64,000 bases of DNA from Octopus sinensis. Lineage: Eukaryota. Of the stretch, positions 54,156-64,000 are shown in pieces (the stretch's first letter is position 1; each line of letters opens with the position of its first letter). Made by a program: the position numbers and the translations under genes. The DNA is taken from NCBI RefSeq assembly GCF_006345805.1, contig NC_043015.1, forward strand, positions 5,394,001 through 5,458,000, read 5' to 3'. The notes beneath the pieces were generated by a model. It was given only the letters and a program-made list of their open reading frames with translations, was not told the origin of the DNA and did no database searches.

Positions 54156-54266
54156 TTTCAATCCTATCCTGTATAAATACGACGGCAGTTAAGTGTTACC
54201 GTGACGTTGAATGGGCAATGTTACCAAGACTAATTATTTCTGTAATAAGATATTGCCAGATTTTGA

Positions 54267-54462
54267 AGTGTTTGCTTTCAACAAAGACTTGGTTACAGTT
54301 CAACTCGGATTGCACACATATCTGTGGTCATCCTGTCCATTTTCTTCTGTGTTATGTAGAGCACTAAATTATACAATGAAAATTCAGTCATGAAGGCAGT
54401 AAGATATGAGTCGACGGAGTTACTATTTCTCTAAACTTGAACGGTCCAGTCTAACTACATCA
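54267..54462 (+). repeat. 196-bp segment duplicated at 59358-59553
   Basis: Ungapped match, about 13 substitutions by manual count. Confidence 0.9.
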
Positions 54463-54477
54463 AGAGCATGTGCCCGT

Positions 54478-54862
54478 ACAACTACTACAACAACTACTAC
54501 TACTACTACTACTAATAATAATAATAACAACAACAACAACAACAACACCAATAATAATAATAATAATAATAATAATGATATGAAGAAATAAAACAAGACG
54601 AAGGAGGAGAAGAAGGAGAAGAAGAAAAGAAGAAGAAGAAGAAGAAGAAGAAGAAGAAGAAGAAGAAGAAGAAGAAGAAGAAGGAGGAGGAGAAGGAGGA
54701 GAAGAAGAAGAAGAAGAAGAGAAGAAGAAGAAGAAGAAGAAGAAGAAGAAGAAGAAAGAAGAAGAAGAAGAAGAAGAAGAGGAGAAGAAGAAGAAGAAGA
54801 AGAAGAAGAAGAAGAAGAAGAAGAAGAAGAAGAAGAAGAAGAAGAAGAAGAAGAAGAAGAAA
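54478..54862. repeat. Compound (TAC)n/(TAA)n/(CAA)n then about 260-bp (GAA)n-rich polypurine tract
   Basis: Directly visible. Confidence 0.95.
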
Positions 54863-55169
54863 ATTTGTGGGAGGCCACCCATTTCATGACACCGAACTCT
54901 ATAATATGCTGTTATATTGCTCCCGAAAGAATGAAAAACACATTTGACCCCTGCGTCATTTTGAACTCAGCGTGGAAAACTAGATGGAACAGCGCTTTCC
55001 AATTTTCCGACGCCCTAACGATACTGCTAGCGCTATACCACGGACGACTAAAATAATAAAGGCGTATAATCGTTGCTGGATATCTTTAAGAGGGCCCTAT
55101 ATGAGCGAATTTCAAACAAAACGGTTGAAGACATAACCATTAGTGTTTTATACTCGATTAAACCTGAAA

Positions 55170-55685
55170 CAAATTTTTGTTGCTGTTGTTGTCTTTTTAT
55201 GTTGTACTTGTGGTTCTTGTTGCTTGTATTGTTGTTCTCGTAGTTGTTTAGACCCACGTCAGGCTTGAATGAGAAAACCTATGTCCAACTCCATTACAGC
55301 CTTCTCTTCCGTATTTGTTTTTATATTTGAGGGATTTGCAGCCTTTTTTTCCTTTATGCGTATAATTGCTTCCATTTTGCCCTTGACAAAAGTCTTTGAT
55401 TGCAACTTGACATTAATGCAAGCAAGCAAATATTTTGTATTAGAAACGGATGCATTGTGGTTTCTTCTGTTTAACAAGAGTTTTTGAATTTGAGGAGATC
55501 CTGGCAACGTTAATATCTAAACGATTCTTTGATTTTCCCGTGATCGTCCTCTGTCTTCTGTATAATCTTTGAGGAGATTAAGTGCCATATTATGCTTTGA
55601 CATATTATCTATGACAAGAGCATATTTGAGTCTGAACCTGTCAAACGTGCAGTGGCCTACGCAAATTTTTACTGCTCACATTTAG
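55170..55685 (-). repeat. Unclassified repeat, inverted partner of 52440-52980
   Basis: Reverse-complement similarity to 52440-52980. Confidence 0.75.
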
Positions 55686-56237
55686 TACGAAAGCTGAGTA
55701 TAGGCTGAAATGATATTTTAATTTGTTCTAAGAATTGTTCACTAAAAACATCAGCACCAGTACCTGTAGGGGTAAATATCTATTAAATGGATCCTTATCT
55801 CGAAAAGTCTTGAACTCTTAAACCAACCTACGTATTCGTATAATTTAAACAATTCTTTTGTGAACAACAAATAATACATCGGCTCTATTATGATTATTTT
55901 TATTCTTGCTTGACCGCTGAGTATGTAAGCTGCTACATTTAGGCTTCCGAACGAGTCTCCCGGAGGGCAAGAATATTTCGTGTTACGAATGTTATATTTT
56001 GGCTCCGTGTTATATGAATAGCATTTTGCTATCTCTTAAGCATCCAACAGTCTATCCTATATAACTGTTTCTTGATATTAATGTTGATATATTTCGTCTA
56101 CTCTCTCATTACAATCGCTTTTATTATTCTAATTGTTGTTACTTGATACCTTGACTTATATTCTATTTATAAAAAATTATCATGGGAATGTCTCCTTTTG
56201 TTTGAGGGATTTTGAAATACAAGGACGCACTTAAGTA

Positions 56238-56742
56238 CCGCAAATCCTCGAGTATATTCCGCCCTTGAGTATAATACGCAGGGGATTTTAGGGGGCTGCA
56301 ACTCTGAAAAACGTAAGCCTCGTATATAATACGCACCCCTTCTCTAACTTACGTAATTAAGCCAGGAGCATCTAGTCGAACAAACACATCCGTGCATGCG
56401 TAATACAATAATGGTAATGTTTTTAACTGTTATATGGGAATGTAAATGTTTGCAAATTGCTTTTGTTATACGTTATTCTGTGTTTGAATACATTAAAAAA
56501 AAATAAATGTTGCTTACTGGGAGTTATGGATGATTCTTTTATGACTTCATTGCTTTCAGGCTTAGCTTAAGGTATTTTCGCGTCCGACATCACAGCGTCT
56601 GAATAAATATTGCCGGACAGCAAATAGTGTCTCGGACATTGCTCAGAATTTTTTTTTATTTCTAACCTCGTATATAGTACGCACTAGTCATTTTGACCTT
56701 TAAATTTTGGGGAAAAATGAGGATTATACTCGAGGATTACGG
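56238..56742. mobile_element. 505-bp non-autonomous Tc1/mariner-superfamily (pogo/Tigger-like) MITE with TA TSD
   Basis: ta|ccgcaaatcctcgagtata ... tatactcgaggattacgg|ta; subterminal gtata-a/g-tacgca repeats. Confidence 0.85.
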
Positions 56743-57380
56743 TAGACACCCTTTTGGCGACAGGCAAATTTCAAGATCATCTTGTAGTCCAGCTAAGTTT
56801 TCAAAATGCAGCTAAACATTCTTGCCGAGAATATTCACTACTCGCCTTCTATAGATTTAGAGAGAGAGATTGCATTTTCAAAGAGTATGATAAACATGGA
56901 CACACTGCAATTCACATGAGATATAATTGATTGACATAATTGAAGAGATATATCTACTTTATATAATTGTGAACAGTTTCTAAGAAGTGTTCTAAAATGT
57001 ATTTTTGAAAAGCAGAGAAATTATATCCTGGAGTAGCATCGTAACGCCTGAATAAAAATGCCCGTCATCGTCATAATAGTTATCGCATTCGCGAAATATG
57101 TTTGGCTAATTGTGGTTAAATTATACGTTCATCGGTATCCACGTTCCATTTAAGAAGCCAGGTTTCATAGGTTACCAAGCAAGTGTCTTTTCAAATGATG
57201 ATATGTATGTGGGCATACATATACATCACACCCTCTCTTTCTGTACAAACACACTCATGGACACGCGCACAAACCCCTACGCACACGCATATTCTCTCTC
57301 CCTCGCGCACTCACTCATACATGAATACACAGACATACGTCTATAAGTATATATTGTACTCTACGTACAAATGTGTAATA

Positions 57381-57612
57381 TATTTCTTTACTGCCCACAA
57401 GGGTCTAGACACAGAGGGGACAAACAAGGACAGACAAACGGATTTTAAGTCGATTATATCGACTCCAGTGTGTAACTGGTACTTATTCAATCGACCCCGA
57501 AAGGATGAAAGGCAAAGTCGACCTCGGCAGAATTTGAACTCAGAGCGTAACGGCAGACGAAATACGGCTACGCATTTCGCCCGGCGTGCTAACGTTTCTG
57601 CCAGCTCGCCTT
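57381..57612 (-). mobile_element. SINE family B, full length
   Basis: Reverse complement of 46878-47110 type. Confidence 0.92.
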
Positions 57613-57734
57613 ATACAAATGTGTAACAATTTTGTCAGACGCGCAGACAGTCACACAAGCAGACTGACAGATAGATAGCCAGAGAGATTGAAATTCTCTC
57701 TTAAAAGTGTTAACTCTATATAACATTAAATCGG

Positions 57735-57950
57735 TTCCAAATTTTGTCACAAGGCCAGTAATTCGGGGGCGGGGTGGATGAAGTCGATTACATCAACCCC
57801 AGTGCTCGACTGATTCTCATTCCATCGACCAGGAAAGGATTAAATGGATGGTCAGCCTCAAATGTATTTTCTATTGAGAACGTAAAGATGGATAAAATCC
57901 TGAAGAGCATTTAATTATGCAAGCTTACGATTCAGCCATCTCGCCGCTTT
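57735..57950 (-). mobile_element. Old SINE family B-like relic
   Basis: aagtcgattacatcaaccccagtg segment and degenerate head. Confidence 0.6.
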
Positions 57951-58374
57951 ATAGTAGTATCTTTATATGACAAAGCTTCCATTCAAATGTTCGCCTTATG
58001 GAAATTGTTTCCTGTTTTCTGTATTTCGATATGCTGTGTTACATCTTATATTCATCATATATCTGTTAAGTTGTCATACAGTTCATTTTATTATCTTTTA
58101 GCCATGGTCCGAGCAATACATCACTTTCTTGTGTATTGTCAATTTTACGTCGAATATAATGCTGTAAACTGACGGTGTTACACATTACGTTGATTTCTTT
58201 CATTCAAATCTTTCACTTCACTATCCCTTAACTTTGTATGTTAACATCTAATAGGCAACCGAATTACACGACTGAGCACAATTTCATTCATACGTACTAC
58301 AAATTTGTCTCACCATTTTATGCTGTTTTATTGAGAACTTGACAAGAACACCCCATCAGTATTATTTTACATGA

Positions 58375-58560
58375 AAGGACGGCGAGATCGCTGAATCATT
58401 AGGAAGCCGGGCAAAACACCTAGCAGTATTTCGTCCATCCTTATGCTCTGGATTCAAACCAAGCCGAGGTGATTTCAAATTTTGCTTTTAATGCTTTTTG
58501 ACCGACAAAATAAATAACATTTGAATCCTGGGTCGAAATAATCGACTTACCTCCAGCCTT
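58375..58560 (+). mobile_element. Old SINE family B-like relic
   Basis: ggcgagat..ctgaatcattag..gccgggcaaaa..agcagtatttcgtc head. Confidence 0.6.
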
Positions 58561-59771
58561 GATCTTGCTGCCTTCGAGCCAAAATTTTAATTGTATATGA
58601 TATTTTATACCATATGTTATTACTCCCTCCAAATCTCTAAATCCCTATCATTTTATCGCTAGTATTATCTTTTGCGCGGATTGCTTTTCCCGATGTTTTG
58701 CCAAGATATAATTGCTTGACCTAAACGTAAATATATTGAAAAAAACATGATGACATTTTCGGAGAGCTGCTTACGATACGTGTGGCATTGTTTAATAATA
58801 TCAGTTTCAATTCCACAGAATCAACAGCGTTTGCTGCACGTGGATTATTTACCTGCATCCATATCCCGTTCACACCTCAGCTATTTTCTTTCTCTGTTGC
58901 AACAGCATACTCTTCAAAGAGGGAATCAATAACTATTATATTATCTCAAGACAATGTGTTTTGGTTAGCTCTATTGCTGTCATTTAAACCCTCTGTAGCA
59001 AAACAGATCTGCATGATCGGTTACTGATATAAATACAACTTTTTCTTTTTTTTTGTGAAGACATATTAAGTTGGAGTTCTGTGACATTTCTGAACGTATA
59101 TTTACGTTCATCAGTCAATACGTATTGCGATGGGTTCCTTCCAGCTCTCGTTATATTATCTGAATTATTTACAATTTTGTTGTTACCCGTGTGCAACAGA
59201 GAATATATTTTCATGCATACATAAGAAAATTTAGCATTCTTTATGAAGTATCGGCGAGATACTTTCCTCGAAATATTTCCAGATAAGAAGATATTCATTT
59301 AGCATTCTACACCCATGTAGGGATATCTCTATGCTGAACAAGATACATCGTTCTCATAGTGTTTGCTTTTAACAAAGACTTGGTTACAGTTCAACTCAGA
59401 CTGCACAAATATCTGTGGTCATCCTGTCCATTTTCTTCTCTGTAATGTATAGCACTAAATGATACAATGAAAATTCAGTCACGAAGGCAGTAATATACGA
59501 GTCGACGGAATTACTATTTCTCTAAACTTGAACGGTCCAGTTTAACTACATCACTTGAGTCTTTCAGTGACGTTTTCCTCAGGAGCGCATAAGGTTTACA
59601 CGGGTTAATCATTTCTGATTTCTCTGCTGTTAAATACAAAGTCCACAAGTTGCTGTAAACAATGTTTGTTTTTATTATCATATGTACTCCTGATGTTGCT
59701 AAGTACGAGCCGGTTCTATGTTTGTGTATCTAATCCCTGACCAAAGCACGCAAACACACACACACATATAC

Positions 59772-59807
<36 letters not shown>

Positions 59808-59809
59808 AT

Positions 59810-60086
59810 GAGGCGCAATGGCCCAGTGGTTAGGGCAGCGGACTCGCGTTCGTAGGATTGCGGTTTCAGTTCTCAGACCGGGCATTCTGAGTGTTTACTG
59901 AGCGAAAACACCTAAAGCTCCACGAGGATGATTCGACAGGGGGTGGTGGCGATCCTTGCTGTACTCTTTCGCCACAACTTTCTCTCAGTCTTTCTTCTGC
60001 TGGCCTGCTCGCTTAGCCAGTGCGGTAGCGTCATTTGAAGGCTAAAACAATATGAAGCGCAACATCTGATAGCCTGGCCGGTCACA

Positions 60087-60090
<4 letters not shown>
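59810..60090 (+). mobile_element. SINE family C with small internal deletion
   Basis: Colinear with the reverse complement of 50861-51170. Confidence 0.9.
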
Positions 60091-60133
<43 letters not shown>

Positions 60134-60136
<3 letters not shown>

Positions 60137-60471
60137 GTGAAATAGAAAGATGAATAATCTTGTAGTAGATTAATCAAAAGTTTAACCGATACCTTAGTAG
60201 CAAAAATCACAGCAGTAAACAGCACGGTTGGAGGTACAACCATATGGTGTTGCAACCGTGCGTTGGTGCGGATAATTGAAATTAAAATATTATTGGTGAA
60301 TTGAAGAAATGGAGCTGAACGCAGATTGAACAGAAATCGTTTTATTTCATTCTACACGTGTTTCGAAAGGCACAAATTTTGGTAATTTGTGCCTTTCGAA
60401 ACACGTGTAGAATGAAATAAAACGATTTCTGTTCAATCTGCGTTCATCTCCATTTCTTCAATTCACCAATA
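60134..60471. repeat. (TA)n-flanked element ending in a 181-bp near-perfect palindrome (88-bp arms, 5-nt loop)
   Basis: 60291-60378 vs 60384-60471, one mismatch; each arm has GAAAC-ACGT-GTA on its outward-reading strand. Confidence 0.92.
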
Positions 60472-60482
60472 TATATAATATA

Positions 60483-60587
<105 letters not shown>

Positions 60588-61239
60588 TGTATGTATGTAT
60601 GTATGTATATGTGTGTGCGCGCGCTTGTGTGTGGGACCGCACAAAACAACAGCATAGACACTTTAAGCGCAAGCTTGAAAAGATTCGTGCTGCGTTGGGC
60701 TTTCTAGAGTGTGTCTCATGATGCGTGTTCCCTGGGATTTAAAGCCGAAATTACGAGCTGCAGAAACTCAAGAATTTGACGCAAATTTAGGAAGATCGTA
60801 TGCTTTTCATTTTATGGATTTCAGCAACCCTTTTGAATTTTCGATATGCCGATCGATATTGTTTTCCGAGATCGAAATAACGTAATAACGTACTTCAATT
60901 AATGTCTTATAGAATATTTTACTATCAATTCAGCGAATGCTCCCCGTAAATGTAGAGTGGTCGTTTGAGAACTTATATTTGCTTACGTTTGAATCGCTAC
61001 ATAAAGAGGACTAGCATAGTGGAGGCTAATAATGTTCTTAGTTTGGCTGAGTTAGTCTCTTGCTACTCTCGAGGTTGTCTTGTGCATGTGTAAGTTAATG
61101 GTACAAGTTATGACTAGTGACTTTTCTGTGGATGTTACTTGGTGATCTGAAAAGTTAATAAGCTATTATAAAGGAGGGCTGATAGAACTGTGAAAGCATG
61201 CATACGTTAATTTCTACTCACCGTATTAATAATAGCATT

Positions 61240-63245
61240 GTTTCTTTCCAGGTAAACTAAGAGCTCATTTTTCAAAGAGGACTTCAAAAGTAACTTGAAG
61301 CTCCTTCTCTTCAGAATGGAAAACGAAATTGGCATTCTGGCGCTACCAAGAACCGGCAGCAAAAGGGTTTAGCTCTTAAGGACATTCATACTGGCATTGT
61401 TGCTACATTAGAGGATGACGCTCCAGTTTTATCAACAGTTCAAAGGTGGGTAGCGGAATGTAAATGTTGTAAGACAGTTGCATACTGGACACTTGCATAC
61501 CGGAGAACCGCGTACCAGACAATTGCCTCCCGGAGCATTTGTATCCCTAGACAAATCCGTCCCTGTGTTATTTAAAAATTTTAGTTACGTTTATTCAGCT
61601 GTATTTTTTTTTGTTTATTATCAGAGTTAATTGTAAATAAACACATTGAATAATGTTAAACAAGACGGTAGACTTTTAGTAAATATTTAAAAAAAAGGAA
61701 TAAAAGAATTCAAAAAGTTCAAACTTTGCAAGTTTATTTTTGTTTAAAAAACGAAAACAGATTAATAATATTGAAAAAAATTTCAAGATTTACAAATTAT
61801 TGTAGTTTCACAAATAAATGAAACTGTGTGAATTTTGTTATTCCTTTCAAGAAATTTATGTTGTTTTGAGCAGTATACATATTGTCTTCGTTCCAGTTCC
61901 TTTTTTTTTTTTTGCTGTACTAGAACTCTTCTTTGAACGTCCATTTTTACTTTTAAGGCAATAGTCTCGTCTTCTTCCAGTGTCTCAATCAATTTCCAAA
62001 TAGAGGAGTGTTGACACGATATAGAATATTACTTTTTTGTCCCCATCAACTTACATTTCTTCTCGTTGAGAATAAAGAGGATATGCGGGTAACTGAACAC
62101 TGATCTTCATAAGCGATCGTAGCTCCAATAAGATCACTTGTTGGTTCGCATACTGAAACTGAATTTGCTTTTAACTCGGACATATCTTCTTGTGCTCTAA
62201 CCTTAACAGCTGAGTATCCATGGTTATGCTCATTACATCCTGTCGTATCTAGTCATTCACTATATGTATAGTTACTTTGCAAGATCGCTCTGCACATCTC
62301 CAGTATATTTTTGTTTCATCGGTGTTTTTCTTATGATATTGATAGCTGTAATATTCCTCGTCAGCAAATATCTTTCCACCAATGTTATATTTTCTAAACT
62401 CAGCCATGGGTTTCAAAGAAAACTTTGAATTATGAATTCCAGAATATATTGGACGTTTACTATTCGCAGTGCTCAAGTTAAATAAAATTGCTAGCTTAAA
62501 TTTCTTTTGATTTTAAAAAGAAAAATATTACTTTTGTGATGGTGTACAATTATGGTAACTACCATTTCGATTGTAACAAGCAAGTGTTAGAAAGTATACG
62601 TCTAAAAACAATGTAAATAAACATGTAAAACACTTTTTTCTATGATAAAAAATTACCCATTTTCCCAGGGACGCAAATGTCCAGGGAGGCAAATATGCAG
62701 GGATGCACATTTCAAATGTCTAGGCTACGAATGTCCGGTTACGGAATTGTATGGTACACAGTTTTCCGGGACGCAAATGTTTTGTACACCGGAATTTAGG
62801 ACAGGAAAGAGGAAGTTTTTAAGAATATCCAAGGCCTGAATAACTTGCAAATGCCGCAACCGACAAAATATTGATCGTATTCACCACATGGTAATGAATG
62901 ACATGCGTTTGACTATAAATAAAAGGGCAATGCCATTAACATATCTTGTGAGAAAGTAGCACTATGAACTTGACATGACGTTTTTCCGCGTGGTGGGGGC
63001 CACGTCTTCTGACAATTGATATAAATTGCCGCAGTTTTAATATATCACGAGAAAACCTGACATTGTTTGTGGCAGACCCAGCTGGATTCCTTGAACGTTT
63101 CCTAGGACAGGATGCGTGTTGGGTTCATCAATTTAAGCCACAGTCAAAGAGACAATTTATACATTCGAAACGTCTCTCCGAAACTTATCAGTAGTTCAAG
63201 ATGGTTTCATTTGCAAGGAAGGTCATGGTCTTTGTGTTTTGGGTA
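61240..63245 (+). mobile_element. mariner relic split by a nested insertion
   Basis: Left: MENEIG... KGLALKDIH..IVATLEDDAPVLSTVQRWVAE; right of 62789: EFR... NIDRIHHMVMNDMRLTIN... SRENLTLFVADPAGFLERFLGQDACWVHQFKP... ARKVMVFVFW. Confidence 0.85.
61462..62788 (-). mobile_element. Non-autonomous MULE (Mutator-like) derivative with FLYWCH-type N-terminus and subterminal repeat arrays
   Basis: ORF 62249-62476 YSYQYHKKNTDETKIYWRCAERSCKVTIH then EHNH after a stop/frameshift; about 15-bp gacatttgcgtccc-like repeats in inverted orientation at both ends; 9-bp imperfect TSD gcggaatgt / ccggaattt. Confidence 0.7.
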
Positions 63246-64000
63246 AAACAAATAATATTCTTTGGCTCTCTATACGAAGAATTTCAAATTAGAAGTTTCT
63301 TACCTGGTTATCCAACGTGTACGATATTGTGATTCTTATTGACAGACGAAATATGTATAATGCTAAATAAATTATACCATAATATTTTCCAGAGTCCTGT
63401 TTCGTTATATGATAATTCTGCAAAGAGTACTTCCAGAACTGTCATCTCCATGTGCCACACATAAATTCACCCAAAGCAACAAATATATAATGGATTCTAT
63501 TACTGGAATATGCAGATGTGCTTCACGAATACACAAAATGCATTTTCCCTACATACATAATTATATATATATATATATACATAATTATATATATATATAT
63601 AATATATATATATATATTTATATATAACTTGAGCTGTTGATGGAGAAAGAGAAAATCACATAAAACAACAGAAAGGAACGAAGATGAAAAGAGGAGAAAA
63701 CATGAGAAAGAAATGTAAACCTGATTGTGAATATATATATTCAACAAGTTATAGATAAATAATTAAAGCGAAGTTTGCTAATATGGCATCTGTTGTATAC
63801 GCTGCTCAATATTTTCTACGTTATTTCGTAATCTTTGTACGAAAGTTATCTACATTCACACACATGCATAACCCACACCCATACATACTCATTTATATAT
63901 ATATATGTAAGTATGTAATTATTTATTTATTTACTTATTTATATATACATTCACGAATACACAGCTTAATTTCTTAGATATGTTTCTTCATAAATGTTAT

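Noticed and set aside
59085-59118. Minus-strand CTGATGA-acgt..acgt-tca-GAAAT
   Set aside because: Three extra bases before GAAA, no helix III pairing or NUH, and no stem I; likely chance.
58984-59298. 104-aa minus-strand ORF in unique sequence
   Set aside because: No recognisable motif or splice context; length compatible with chance.

Overview
AT-rich, extremely repeat-dense eukaryotic genomic DNA. The SINE families and the (TA)n/(CA)n load resemble an octopod cephalopod (Octopus-like); this is inference from recognition, not a search result. I found no convincing host protein-coding exon, and nearly all supplied ORFs are microsatellite translations or antisense frames of transposon relics, so the window reads as intronic or intergenic. 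Content: degenerate LINE fragments (RTE, CR1-like, Dong/R4, L1/Tx1-like ORF1); at least four mariner and two DD37D/maT-type relics; a FLYWCH-bearing MULE derivative nested in a mariner; two MITEs; about 20 tRNA-headed SINE copies from five families; and many microsatellites. The most notable signal is a set of short, mostly mutually dissimilar elements beside (TA)n runs that carry minimal type-I hammerhead-ribozyme-like cores (CUGANGA ... GAAAC-palindromic loop-NUH). Many are built as fold-back or inverted-repeat structures, and one 406-bp palindrome has a hammerhead core on each strand. This matches Penelope-like-element (PLE) or retrozyme-type ribozymes, but self-cleavage is untested. Boundaries are by manual reading and are approximate unless a TSD or TIR is given.
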